A stretch of 64,000 nt of DNA, from NCBI GenBank assembly GCA_963845565.1, contig CAWJSJ010000001.1, positions 864,001 through 928,000 of the forward strand, given 5' to 3'. Positions 41,273-51,256 of this stretch are shown piece by piece. The notes below the pieces were generated by a model. The model was not told the DNA's origin and ran no database searches. It saw nothing but the letters and a program-made list of their open reading frames with translations. The stretch is from an uncultured Methylomirabilota bacterium (GTDB lineage Bacteria > Methylomirabilota > Methylomirabilia > Methylomirabilales > 2-02-FULL-66-22). Position numbers and translations under genes: made by a program. Within the stretch, counting starts at the first letter, position 1, and each line of letters opens with the position of its first letter.

Positions 41273-43219
41273 TTACTGTAATGATTTTGTCATCAGATCT
41301 GATATCAATCGCCCATAGCTCGCTCCATCCGGCAATTGGCTTCCCTCGGACAGCAGCGCCTGCCCATACAAGAGGCGAGCGTAGTTTTGCAGTTCCGGCG
41401 CCTTGGCGTCGCGCTCAATCCGGCTCCGAAGCTTGATGAGGAGGTCATGCTTCGGATTCACCTCCAGGATGCGTTTCGTCCGTTCCGTCTTGTGGCCCAT
41501 TCGCCGCATCAATTCATCGAGTTGAGGACTGAAATCCTTTTCCTCGTTCACCAGGCAGACGGGAGACGCCACCAGCCGTGTCGAGAGCCGCACCTCCTTG
41601 ACGTCGTCCGCCAGAGCCTCCCGCAGCCAGTCCAGAACGGGTTGGTAGGCGCCCTCCGCCTCCTGACGGGCGTGCTCCCCCGCCGCCTTCTCGTCCTTCG
41701 GCCCCAAGGCCACCTCGCCCTTCCCCACTGATTGGAATTTGTGTCCCGAGAATTCCATGCCGGCGCTGGTCCAGAATTCATCGACAGGGTCGGTCAGGTA
41801 CAGGACCTCATACCCCTTCTCGCGAAACGCTTCCAGATGGGGTGACTGCGCCACGGCTTCGCGGGTGAGACCCGTCAGATAGTAAATGACCTCCTGACCC
41901 GGTTGCATTCGGGCGACGTACTCCGCCAGCGTGGTGACACCATCGCCGCTCTGACTCGAGGGGCTTACGACGAGCTGCAGCAGCGTTTCCTTCCGGTCCT
42001 GTTCCTCCCTGCCGTACAGCCCCTGCTTGAGGATCGCGCCGAATTCTTTCCAAAACGTCAGATACCGATCGCGATCGTTCTGGAGCAGGCCCTTGAGGGT
42101 GTCGAGAACCTTGCGTACCAGGAAGCTGCGGATGGCCCGGATCTGTCGATCCTGCTGGAGGATCTCCCGCGACACGTTGAGGGAGAGACCCTCCGAGTCC
42201 ACCACCCCTCGCACAAACCGGAGATAGTCGGGAATCAGTTCCCGGCAATCGTCCATGATGAACACCCGCTTGACGTAGAGCTGAATCCCATGGTGCTTGT
42301 CGCCGTGCAGCAACGCATCCCAGGGCTGATGGGACGGGAGAAACAACAGGACGTTGGCCTCGAAACGCCCCTCCATGCGCGCCGCGATGGTTTCCAGGGG
42401 ATTCGTCCAGTCGTGCGAGATGTGCTTGTAGAACTCCTGGTACTCCTGCTCCGACACCTCGCTCTTGGGCCGGGCCCAGACCGCCTTCATGGAGTTGAGC
42501 GTCTCTTCATGCCGCACAGCCTCTTCTTTGGCGCCCGGCTTCGGCTTCCCGTCAGCCCCTTTTTCGACCTCCCGCCGTTCGACCGGCAGCCGGATCGGAT
42601 ACGCGACGAAGTCTGAATACTTCTTCACGATCTCGCGGACGACCCATTCATCCGTGTAATCCCGTATCCCGTCGTCCTCGTCCACGGGCTTGAGAAAGAC
42701 GGTCACGCTGGTCCCGCCGCTTTCCCGTTCGGCCTCCTCCACCGTGAAGGCGCCCTCCCCCCGCGATTCCCACCGTGTCGCACGCGCCTCCCCTGCACGG
42801 CGACTCACCACCACGATGCGCTCCGCCACCATGAACGTGGCGTAGAACCCGACGCCGAATTGGCCGATCAGTTCCGGCGGTAGCGCGCGATCCTTTCGAT
42901 CGGTGAGCAGCCGCAGGAATTCCTGGGTCCCGGACCGGGCAATCGTCCCCAGATTCTGGACCATTTCCTCTTGTGTCATTCCGATGCCGTTGTCGTGCAC
43001 CGTCAACGCGCGCCGCCTCTTGTCGATCTCGAGACCGATCTGGAGCTCGTCCTGGGGCATCCATTCCGGATGCGTCAGGTTTTCAAAGCGTAACCGGTCG
43101 AGAGCGTCGGAAGCGTTGGAGATCAGCTCACGCAAGAAAATGTCCTTGTGCGAATAGAGCGAATGGATCATCAGATCCAGCAACTGCTTCACTTCCGCCT
43201 GGAATTCGTGTCGTTCCAT
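41273..43219 (-). CDS. htpG: Molecular chaperone HtpG (Hsp90)
   Basis: FQAEVKQLL, FLRELISNASDA, LGTIARSGT, IGQFGVGFY, LNVSREILQ. Confidence 0.97.
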   Translation of the reverse strand: MERHEFQAEVKQLLDLMIHSLYSHKDIFLRELISNASDALDRLRFENLTHPEWMPQDELQIGLEIDKRRRALTVHDNGIGMTQEEMVQNLGTIARSGTQEFLRLLTDRKDRALPPELIGQFGVGFYATFMVAERIVVVSRRAGEARATRWESRGEGAFTVEEAERESGGTSVTVFLKPVDEDDGIRDYTDEWVVREIVKKYSDFVAYPIRLPVERREVEKGADGKPKPGAKEEAVRHEETLNSMKAVWARPKSEVSEQEYQEFYKHISHDWTNPLETIAARMEGRFEANVLLFLPSHQPWDALLHGDKHHGIQLYVKRVFIMDDCRELIPDYLRFVRGVVDSEGLSLNVSREILQQDRQIRAIRSFLVRKVLDTLKGLLQNDRDRYLTFWKEFGAILKQGLYGREEQDRKETLLQLVVSPSSQSGDGVTTLAEYVARMQPGQEVIYYLTGLTREAVAQSPHLEAFREKGYEVLYLTDPVDEFWTSAGMEFSGHKFQSVGKGEVALGPKDEKAAGEHARQEAEGAYQPVLDWLREALADDVKEVRLSTRLVASPVCLVNEEKDFSPQLDELMRRMGHKTERTKRILEVNPKHDLLIKLRSRIERDAKAPELQNYARLLYGQALLSEGSQLPDGASYGRLISDLMTKSLQ

Positions 43220-43404
43220 GGGTTCCACCTCTCCTGGTTGAGCCGGCAATAGGTCCGCACGCGAATCCGCGTCGCGTCAGGTGAGCAATTTTAGCCGCAA
43301 ACAGGGACAATGCGCAAGGTGGGGTCGCAGGTTTTCCCCGATTCAGGTGTCGCGAAACCTTGCACCCGGACAGTACTTCCCATAGAGGATACCGATACTC
43401 CACA

Positions 43405-43433
43405 TTGACAGCTCCTCATTGCCACGCTAGTTT
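43405..43433 (+). promoter_or_regulatory. sigma70 promoter for transglutaminase-tlpA
   Basis: TTGACA-N17-TAGTTT. Confidence 0.55.
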
Positions 43434-43600
43434 CTCGGTAACGTGCTCGAACCGGACGGCGGTCGGCCGCCTCCGAAATCCACCCACACCAACCCGAAGC
43501 CGGTCGCGCGAAGAGGCGCGCAGACACGGGCGGTCGTCGAGGGAACCATGCACCGGGCCCTTGGCTGCCCCAGGTGTCGCGCGCGATAAGGAGATACCCC

Positions 43601-44686
43601 ATGAATCGGCGTCAGTTCCTTCGGTCGTCTGTCGCCCTCTCGGCTCTCGCGGCCGTGTCGGGCAGAATCCCCCTCGCTCGCGCCGCGGCCGGGAACGGTA
43701 CCTGGCGGACCTTCGAGGTGACGACGCAGGTCGAGGTCCTCAAGCCCGAGGGGGCCACGCGCGTCTGGGTGCCCACGCCCCTCCCGGAGGACACCCCCTA
43801 CCAGAAGCTCCTCGGGAACGGCTGGAAGGCCGATGGGGGACAGGTCGCCTTACAGACCGACCCCAAGTATGGCGCGGGAATCCTGACGGCGACGTGGCCT
43901 GCCGGCCAGAAGCCCATGCTGACCCTCACCAGCCTGTTTGCGACGCGGGACATCGCGGTCGATCTCGCGGCGCCCGGGCGGGTTCCAGCCGGAGGATCCG
44001 CGGAGCTGCAGAAATACCTCGAACCCACGGAGCTGCTCCCGACCGATGGGATCGTCAAGCAGACGGCCGACGAGATCGTGCGGGGCGCCCGGTCGGATCT
44101 GGAGAAGGCCCGCGCCATCTACGAGTGGATCGTCGATAACACCTTCCGCGATCCCAAGACGCGCGGGTGCGGGTTGGGCGACATCAAGTTCATGCTGGAG
44201 TCCAAGAACCTGAGCGGGAAGTGCGCCGACCTGAATGCGCTCTTCGTCGGCCTGGCACGGGCAGCCGGCATCCCGGCGCGGGACGTCTACGGAATCCGGG
44301 TGGCCGACTCGGCCCTCGGCTACAAGAGCCTGGGCAAGAGCGGCGATATCACCAAGGCCCAGCACTGTCGCGCCGAGGTGCATCTTGCCGATTATGGCTG
44401 GGTGCCGGTGGATCCCGCGGATGTGCGAAAGGTCGTCCTGGAAGAGGGAGGCGGGAAGCCGCTCCAGGACCCCATGGTGATCGCCGCCAGGCGGCGCCTC
44501 TTCGGAGCCTGGGAGATGAACTGGCTCGCCTACAACACCGCCCACGACCTCTTGCTGCCTGGGGCCACCCGCGGCAAGATCCCCTTCTTCATGTACCCGC
44601 AGGGCGAGACCGCCGAGGGCCGCCTCGACTGCCTCGACCCCGAGCATTTCACCTACCGGATCACGACGCGGGAACTGGCGGCGTGA
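43601..44686 (+). CDS. Tat-exported transglutaminase-like protein
   Basis: MNRRQFLR Tat motif; Cys-His-Asp triad (GKCAD, QHCRAEV, WVPVDP). Confidence 0.9.
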   Translation: MNRRQFLRSSVALSALAAVSGRIPLARAAAGNGTWRTFEVTTQVEVLKPEGATRVWVPTPLPEDTPYQKLLGNGWKADGGQVALQTDPKYGAGILTATWPAGQKPMLTLTSLFATRDIAVDLAAPGRVPAGGSAELQKYLEPTELLPTDGIVKQTADEIVRGARSDLEKARAIYEWIVDNTFRDPKTRGCGLGDIKFMLESKNLSGKCADLNALFVGLARAAGIPARDVYGIRVADSALGYKSLGKSGDITKAQHCRAEVHLADYGWVPVDPADVRKVVLEEGGGKPLQDPMVIAARRRLFGAWEMNWLAYNTAHDLLLPGATRGKIPFFMYPQGETAEGRLDCLDPEHFTYRITTRELAA

Positions 44687-45219
44687 TCAGGACCGCTGCA
44701 CGCCTCGTCCTCCTCTGTGGTCTCCTCCTGGGTCTGGCCGGGGCATCCGGTGCGGCCCAGGAGGTGGTCCTTCCCGTCTGGACCGGCGGACCAACCCCGC
44801 CGCTCGCCCTCACGGACCTCGACGGGCGTCTCCACGATCTGGCCGACTACCGGGGCACCGTGCTGCTGGTAAACTTCTGGGCCACCTGGTGTGGGCCATG
44901 CCGGGAGGAGCTGCCATCCCTGCAGCGACTGCGGGACACCCTGCGCGGGCGGCCGTTCGAGGTGCTGGCCGTGAATGTGAGCGAGGGCGAGCCTCGCGTG
45001 ACACGCTTCCTGGCAGACGTGCCCTTCCGCGTTCCGGTCCTCCTCGACCGGAACGGGGACGCCCAGCGCGCGTGGCGAGTTCGCGGTCTCCCCGCCACCT
45101 TCCTCCTCGACCGTCAAGGCGCCATCCGCTTCTGGTACCTGGGCGAGCTGGACTGGGCGCAGCCTGCGATCCGCCGCACCGTCGAGTCCCTGCTTCCCGC
45201 CTCAGCGAGCGCGCGCTAG
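44683..45219 (+). CDS. TlpA-family thiol-disulfide oxidoreductase
   Basis: GTG overlapping the upstream stop; VNFWATWCGPCREELP, GLPATF. Confidence 0.9.
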   Translation: MIRTAARLVLLCGLLLGLAGASGAAQEVVLPVWTGGPTPPLALTDLDGRLHDLADYRGTVLLVNFWATWCGPCREELPSLQRLRDTLRGRPFEVLAVNVSEGEPRVTRFLADVPFRVPVLLDRNGDAQRAWRVRGLPATFLLDRQGAIRFWYLGELDWAQPAIRRTVESLLPASASAR

Positions 45220-45966
45220 CGCGGCCTTGGCGGCACCGGTCATGAAGCGGGCATCCGTCGCGAGCGCGATGAACCGAAACCCCTCCTGGATCCGCTGGGT
45301 GACGGCGTCCGGGCTGAAGACGTGAATCCCGGATGCGACCCCGTGCCGGGCCGCGACGGTGCGGATGTGACGGATCGCCTCCTGAACCTCCGGGTCCTCC
45401 GCCTCGCCGCTCGGCTTCTTCCCCATCGAGGCGCTGAGATCCGTGGGGCCGATGAAGACCGCGTCGATCCCCGGCACGCGCATGATCTCGTCGGCGTGCT
45501 CCACCGCCCGGATATGCTCCATTTGGATGATCACCATGGTCTCGTCATTGGCCCGCGCGTAGTACGTGCCCGAGTCGGTGTCGAAGGCCATGGCCGCCAG
45601 GGAGCCACCCACGCTGCGTGTTCCGCGGGGCGGGTATTTGGCCGCGGCCACCGCCGCCTCGGCCTCGGACGCACTGTTCGTCATCGGGAACACGATCCCC
45701 CAGGCGCCCAGGTCCAGAACGCGCTTGACGTTCTCGCCGGTGTTCCAGGGGATGCGCACCAGCGGGACGCTTCCCGCCTGGGCGATCGCCTGGAACATCA
45801 GCGCCGCCGTGTCCATCGTGGTCGGGCTGTGCTCCATCTCCACGGTCAGCCAATCGAAGCCGACCCGTGCCATGAATTGCGCCGCGAAGGGATCGGGCAG
45901 CACGAGCCAGGTCCCGATGGCGGGTTTGCCCTCACGCAGCAGTTGCTTCACCGTGTTGATCCGCAT
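45202..45966 (-). CDS. HpcH/HpaI-family aldolase
   Basis: GFDWLTVEMEH, PLVRIP, KYPPRGTRS, IQMEH, FIGPTDLS. Confidence 0.92.
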   Translation of the reverse strand: MRINTVKQLLREGKPAIGTWLVLPDPFAAQFMARVGFDWLTVEMEHSPTTMDTAALMFQAIAQAGSVPLVRIPWNTGENVKRVLDLGAWGIVFPMTNSASEAEAAVAAAKYPPRGTRSVGGSLAAMAFDTDSGTYYARANDETMVIIQMEHIRAVEHADEIMRVPGIDAVFIGPTDLSASMGKKPSGEAEDPEVQEAIRHIRTVAARHGVASGIHVFSPDAVTQRIQEGFRFIALATDARFMTGAAKAALARAR

Positions 45967-46064
45967 GATTCGCTCCCGGGCTGGGCCCACAGGGGACGAC
46001 ACACAGCGAGCCGGAGGGCCGGGCCATCGGCCCGCGCGTCGGCCGAGGCCGCAACGGCTCACGA

Positions 46065-47504
46065 TTACTGATATCGAATCACCCGTCCCGCCGCCGCGAG
46101 ATCGGGAAGGATACCGACACCGACCGCCGCAGTGAGCGCGGCGCCGAAGGCGGCTTCCTCGCGGTGCGCGGGTACCGCGAGCGGCAGGCCGAACGCCTCG
46201 CCGATGATGCCGGCCAGCACCGGGTTCTCGCGCACTCCGTTGCCGGCCCCGACCAGACGGGCGCAGGCGGTCCCCGTCGCGGTCATAATCCGCTCATACC
46301 CCTCACGGAACGCCCCGGCCATTCCCTCCAGGAGCGCACGGATCATGTTGGCCGGCGTGAAGTTCTCGTCCGAGATGTTGGTCCAACTGGCGCGGCGTCC
46401 CGGCTCCGCCCGGGTGCCCGTGAAGAGCGGCTCGCAACGCAGCCCGCCCGCGCCGCGTGGGGCGCCCTTGGCGAGCGCGTTCATGGCGGCGTACAGGTCC
46501 GACTCGGCGGGCGCGCTGATCACCTGCGCGGCCGCCTCCTGAAAGAAGCGCCGCAGCGTGGCGTACGACCGACCCCCGCACAACCCCGCCTCGACCAGCA
46601 GATAGCCTCCCCGGGGAAAGGGGCGCGTTTCGAGCGGCGGCACCGTGTGGATCCCGTTTGTGTATCGGCCCACCTGGCCGCCCGTGCCGACGTTCACCTG
46701 CACGGTATCCGTCCGTTCGGCGACACTCCCCAGGAAGCTCGCCTGGTTGTCTCCAAGCCCGACGCACACAGGCAGACCCGCCGCAAGTCCCGTGGCCCGC
46801 GCGGCCTCTGCCGTCAGTACGCCCAGACGGTCGCCCGCCTCGCGCACCTCGGGAAAGAGCGTCGCGGGCAACCCCAGGCGTCGAATCATCTCCGAGTCCC
46901 AACGCCGCTCCGCCAGGTGGAATAGCCCGCTGCTGGCGCCCATGGTCGGTTCGGTGACGGGCGCCTCACCTGTGAGCGTCGCCCCCAGGTAATCTGTGAT
47001 GAAGCACGCCGCGCCTTTCGCGGGCAGCGCCCCCGTCTCCTTCATCCAAAACAGGGTCACACCCATGAAGCCCGTGGCGAGCCGGCAGCCCGTTCGCCCG
47101 CACGCCCCGGCGCCCACGAGGCCCTCCGCCCGCCCGAGCCAGGTCTCGCCGCTTCCGGGAATGGGGTCGAGACCGCGCCGATCCTTCCAGCCGATGAAGG
47201 GAGTCGTCGGCTGGTGCTGATCGTTCACCAGGACAACGCCGTGCTGCTGTCCGGTCAGCCCGATGCCGGCGACCTCGCCGCGCCGCGTGCCGAGCCTGCT
47301 CGCCGCCTCCCGCATCGCCTCCAGCGCCCGCTGCCCCATGCGCCGCGCATCCCAGTCGGACCGGCCCCGACCCACCTCCGGAGCGGCGGTGATCTCCGCA
47401 TCGTTGGGAAGCGTGACACTGGCGACGACCTCGCCGCGTTCGACCTCCAGGGCCAACGCCGTGATCGTCGTCGTGCCGATGTCGAGTCCGATGGTGATGG
47501 GCAT
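46065..47504 (-). CDS. FGGY-family carbohydrate kinase (sedoheptulokinase/xylulokinase-like)
   Basis: IGLDIGTT, GLTGQQHG, LGDNQASF, NVGTGGQ, EEAAFGAA. Confidence 0.88.
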   Translation of the reverse strand: MPITIGLDIGTTTITALALEVERGEVVASVTLPNDAEITAAPEVGRGRSDWDARRMGQRALEAMREAASRLGTRRGEVAGIGLTGQQHGVVLVNDQHQPTTPFIGWKDRRGLDPIPGSGETWLGRAEGLVGAGACGRTGCRLATGFMGVTLFWMKETGALPAKGAACFITDYLGATLTGEAPVTEPTMGASSGLFHLAERRWDSEMIRRLGLPATLFPEVREAGDRLGVLTAEAARATGLAAGLPVCVGLGDNQASFLGSVAERTDTVQVNVGTGGQVGRYTNGIHTVPPLETRPFPRGGYLLVEAGLCGGRSYATLRRFFQEAAAQVISAPAESDLYAAMNALAKGAPRGAGGLRCEPLFTGTRAEPGRRASWTNISDENFTPANMIRALLEGMAGAFREGYERIMTATGTACARLVGAGNGVRENPVLAGIIGEAFGLPLAVPAHREEAAFGAALTAAVGVGILPDLAAAGRVIRYQ

Positions 47505-47637
47505 CAGGCTCGTGTCCTCCCGCCCCCGAGCGGACCGCCGCCGCACCGCACCCGGTCGGGCGAACCGAACGGGCGAAGCCGTCCCAGTGATGGCGACGGC
47601 TCCCCTGTTCCTTTCGAGTCGCCGGCAGCCAACGCGT

Positions 47638-47871
47638 TCAGCGGCGACGCGGTGGGGCGCAGTCGGCGACGTACCGCCGCCAGGCACGGCGGGCGGTTTC
47701 CAGCGGCGCATGGGAGCAGCCCGCCCCCTGGAGTTGGCTCTCTAGGGCGGGGAGGCTGCGCGGCTCTTCCCATTCCGGGTCCCGCGCCACCGCGCGTGCA
47801 AATTCGCCAAAGACGGTCGCCTCACCTCGATATTGTAGCAGCCACTTGGTGAAACCCCTCGCTTCCGGCAT
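47638..47871 (-). CDS. YozE/SAM-like small protein
   Basis: FTKWLLQYRGEATVFGEFARAVARDPEW...ARRAWRRY. Confidence 0.6.
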   Translation of the reverse strand: MPEARGFTKWLLQYRGEATVFGEFARAVARDPEWEEPRSLPALESQLQGAGCSHAPLETARRAWRRYVADCAPPRRR

Positions 47872-47884
47872 GCGGTCGGGTCCC

Positions 47885-48952
47885 TTATCTGCCATAGAAG
47901 AGCCGCGGCGGGTGCAGCGAGTGCCAGACTTCGTCGCAGGCGTCCAACGCCTCCTGCGACAGCCGCACGCCGACCGCGCTCATGTTCTGCTCCAGTTGCT
48001 CCACCGAGGTCGCCCCGCAGACGATCGAGGTGATGCCGGGCTTGTTGAGCACCCAGGCCAGCGCAAACTGCGACAGGGGCATGCCGTGATCGGCGGCAAT
48101 CGTCTTCAGGCGCACCACCGCGTCGAAGTCCAGGTCCGTCCAGTACTTCTCGTTGTACCGGAATCCCTGAGCGCCCATGCTGAACCGGCGCCCCTCGATC
48201 GGCGGCTTCCCCTTCTCGTACTTTCCCGACAGGAACCCGGCCGCCATCGGGCTGAACACCGCCACGCCGATCCCTTCCTCGAGGCAGAGGGGCAAGAGCT
48301 CGTATTCGATGTCCCGCGCCAGAAGGTTGAACGGCGGCTGGATGATGTCCCACCGTGCCAGGTTGTGCCTGTCGCTGATCCAGAGGGCCTTGCTGACCTG
48401 GAACGCGCGGAAATTTGAGCACCCCAGGTACCGCACCTTGCCCTGGCGGACGAGATCGTCCATCGCCCGCACCGTCTCGTCGAGCGGCGTGTCGTAGTCC
48501 GGCATGTGGGCGTAGTAGATGTCGAGGTAATCCGTCCCGAGTCGCTTCAGGATCGCCTCGACGGCCTGGAGGATGTGCTTCCGGGAGAGTCCCATGTCGT
48601 TGGGGCTCACCTGGTCGCCACCCGGCCACGGATGAAACGGTCGGGGTCGCGCCAGATCGCGCGGACCGGCGATCGTCTGTTCTCCGTACTTGGCCGCCAG
48701 ACGGCGCACGTGCCCGGCCTTGGACGCCAGCACCAGCGCGTCCCGGTTCCCCTTGATGGCTTTGCCCAGGATCTCTTCCGTCACCCCGTTGGCGTACATG
48801 TCGGCGGTGTCGATGAACGTGACACCGGCATCGATCGCCCGCCGGACGATCCGGATGGACTCCGGCTCATCCACCTGGCGGCCGAACATCATCGTGCCCA
48901 GGCAGAACGTTGACACCTTCAGCCCCGTGCGCCCCACCTTCCGATACTCCAT
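47885..48952 (-). CDS. Aldo/keto reductase (paralog 1)
   Basis: GRTGLKVS, IDTADMY, LASK, LGTDYLDIYYAH, GKVRYLGCSN. Confidence 0.93.
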   Translation of the reverse strand: MEYRKVGRTGLKVSTFCLGTMMFGRQVDEPESIRIVRRAIDAGVTFIDTADMYANGVTEEILGKAIKGNRDALVLASKAGHVRRLAAKYGEQTIAGPRDLARPRPFHPWPGGDQVSPNDMGLSRKHILQAVEAILKRLGTDYLDIYYAHMPDYDTPLDETVRAMDDLVRQGKVRYLGCSNFRAFQVSKALWISDRHNLARWDIIQPPFNLLARDIEYELLPLCLEEGIGVAVFSPMAAGFLSGKYEKGKPPIEGRRFSMGAQGFRYNEKYWTDLDFDAVVRLKTIAADHGMPLSQFALAWVLNKPGITSIVCGATSVEQLEQNMSAVGVRLSQEALDACDEVWHSLHPPRLFYGR

Positions 48953-49012
48953 CCGCTGCCTCCTCTGCTCGCCTGCCGTTGTCCCCCTACCCAGAGCGTG
49001 ATGCGGCCCTGC

Positions 49013-49041
49013 ACGCTACCAGCCCCGGCCCGGCAGGTCAA
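49013..49041 (-). promoter_or_regulatory. sigma70 promoter of AKR paralog 1
   Basis: TTGACC-N17-TAGCGT, identical boxes upstream of paralog 2. Confidence 0.65.
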
Positions 49042-49083
49042 GCCCAACCGTGCCGATTCGCGGCGGGACGACCCGGCGCGCCG

Positions 49084-49548
49084 TCACACCGCGGGCGGCG
49101 GCAGAGGGTCCCCCTCCGGCACGAACGTCAGGGCCAGACCGTTATTGCACCAGCGCTGGCCGGTGGGCGCCGGGCCGTCGTCGAAGACGTGGCCCTGGTG
49201 GCCGCCGCACCGGTTGCAATGGTACTCCGTGCGCGGCCAGAACAATCGGAAGTCCCGCCTGGTGTCCACGGCGCCCGCCACCGGCGCCGTGAAGCTGGGC
49301 CAGCCGGTGCCGCTCTCGAACTTGGCCTCGGACCGGAAAAGCGGTTGGTTGCAGGCCGCGCACAGGTAGGTCCCGGCCCGCTTCTCTCGATTCAGCGGAC
49401 TCGTGCCGGCAGGCTCCGTGGCCTCCTCGAAGAGCACGGCGTACCGTTCCGCGGGCAACGCTTCGCGCCAGGCGACGCTGCGACGTCTTCGGTGTCCGTG
49501 ACGACTCGTCCATCGTATCCCCTCCTCTGCGGCACATCCCGTCCCCAT
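49084..49548 (-). CDS. msrB: Methionine sulfoxide reductase B; 5' end possibly frameshifted
   Basis: CAAC, KFESGTGWPSF, CNRCGGHQGHVFDDGP, RWCNNG; the ATG with the best RBS (49513) is out of frame. Confidence 0.88.
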   Translation of the reverse strand: MGTGCAAEEGIRWTSRHGHRRRRSVAWREALPAERYAVLFEEATEPAGTSPLNREKRAGTYLCAACNQPLFRSEAKFESGTGWPSFTAPVAGAVDTRRDFRLFWPRTEYHCNRCGGHQGHVFDDGPAPTGQRWCNNGLALTFVPEGDPLPPPAV

Positions 49549-49708
49549 GCGGGCGCTCCTGCCGCTGGCGCGATCCTATCACGCTAATCGGCGTGCGGGG
49601 AGATCGTCCGCGGACCTGACCGTCTGGCCGTACCCAATCGTGTCCTCGGGGAGGACAGAATGGGGTACGGCGGGGCGACCCGACGATCGTCCCACCGCAC
49701 CGGAGGGA

Positions 49709-51232
49709 TTATAGAGATTCTACGTTGATGTTGGTCTTGCCGTAGCCGGCCTTCCTGAAAGCCATCCGGATGAGCGGACTACAGTACGCAAGCAGCGCAA
49801 TCAGCAGAAACACGGCCGTGATCGGCCGAGTGTAGAAGACATCAAAACTTCCGGCGGATAATACCAGCGCCTGGCGGAGGGATTTTTCGACCAGGTTCCC
49901 GAGGACCATGGCCAGGATGAGTGGCACGATCGGATAATTCAGTTTCTTCATGGCATAGCCGAGGAGGCCGAAGCCTACCATCATCCAGACCTCAACCATG
50001 CTGTTGTTCACACTGTAAGCCCCGATCGAGGCGAAGATGATGATGAACCCCATCAGGATCGAATAGGGGATCCGGAGCATCGCCACGAACAGGGGGATAA
50101 GGAATATGTTCATCAGCAAGAGAATCACATTTCCAACATACATGCTCGCGATGAGACCCCAGACCAGATCGGGTTTGGTTGTGAAGAGGAGGGGGCCCGG
50201 ACGGATGCCCCACATCATGAATCCGGCGAGCATGACAGCCGTCGTCGCGGACCCTGGCACGCCGAGAGCGAGAAGCGGAGCAAAACCGCTGATCGAGGCA
50301 GCGTTGTTGGCCGATTCCGGCGCGGCCACGCCGGCGATGTCGCCTTTTCCGAAGGTCTCCGGGTGTTTCGACGCGTTCTTTTCCGCCATGTATGCGAGGA
50401 ACGAGGCGGTGGTAATCCCGCCGGCCGGGATGAGGCCGATCAGAAAGCCGATGACGCCGCCCCGGACAATCGCCCAACGGCTCTCGACCCACTCTTGCCA
50501 CGTCAGAAAGACCTCGCTGAGTTTGAACTTCGCCTTGACCAGGTGACCGCCCTCTGGCTCCTCGATGCTGTTGAAGACCTCGGCCAGACCAAAGATCCCG
50601 CAAATGATCACGATGAAATCGATGCCGCCAAGGAGTTCAGTGATCCCAAAGGTGAGCCGGGGCATGCCGCTCACGCCGTCCATGCCGACCGTCGAGATCA
50701 AAATGCCGACGGCGGTGGATATGAGGATCTTGAACGGTGACCCGCTGCCGAAGACCGTGAGCAGGCCGAAAGCCATGACGGCGAGACCGAAATATTCCGC
50801 CGGGCCGAAACGGAGAGCAAAACTGGCCAGCGCCGGGGCAAAGGACATCAAGAGGACGATGGAGATCGTCCCAGCGATGAACGACCCGATGGCCGCAATG
50901 GAGAGCGCGGCCCCCGCTCGTCCCTTCTGGGCCATGGCATACCCGTCCACGCAGGTCATGACCGAAGAGGACTCCCCCGGGACATTGATGAGGATCGAGG
51001 TGATCGTCCCGCCATAGGCCACGCCGTAATAGATCCCGGCGAACATGATGATGGCCGAGGTCGGGTTGAGGGAAAAAGTCAGGGGGAGGAGGAGCGCGAT
51101 CGCTGTCGGCGCGCCGATCCCTGGCAGAATGCCAATCAACTGTCCGAAGAACACGCCGGCTGTGCAACAAAGGAGATTCTGCCAGGTCAGTGCAATGCTG
51201 AATCCGGTATAGAGGTTATGCAGCAGGTCCAT
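49709..51232 (-). CDS. tctA: Tripartite tricarboxylate transporter large subunit
   Basis: GILPGIG, YGGTITSILINVPGE, AAPESANNA, LGVPGS. Confidence 0.95.
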   Translation of the reverse strand: MDLLHNLYTGFSIALTWQNLLCCTAGVFFGQLIGILPGIGAPTAIALLLPLTFSLNPTSAIIMFAGIYYGVAYGGTITSILINVPGESSSVMTCVDGYAMAQKGRAGAALSIAAIGSFIAGTISIVLLMSFAPALASFALRFGPAEYFGLAVMAFGLLTVFGSGSPFKILISTAVGILISTVGMDGVSGMPRLTFGITELLGGIDFIVIICGIFGLAEVFNSIEEPEGGHLVKAKFKLSEVFLTWQEWVESRWAIVRGGVIGFLIGLIPAGGITTASFLAYMAEKNASKHPETFGKGDIAGVAAPESANNAASISGFAPLLALGVPGSATTAVMLAGFMMWGIRPGPLLFTTKPDLVWGLIASMYVGNVILLLMNIFLIPLFVAMLRIPYSILMGFIIIFASIGAYSVNNSMVEVWMMVGFGLLGYAMKKLNYPIVPLILAMVLGNLVEKSLRQALVLSAGSFDVFYTRPITAVFLLIALLAYCSPLIRMAFRKAGYGKTNINVESL

Positions 51233-51256
51233 GGGGCATTTCCCCGTCGTCTTCCT

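Noticed and set aside
43220..43400. CIRCE or sigma32 element upstream of htpG
   Set aside because: No TTAGCACTC-N9-GAGTGCTAA and no convincing sigma32 boxes
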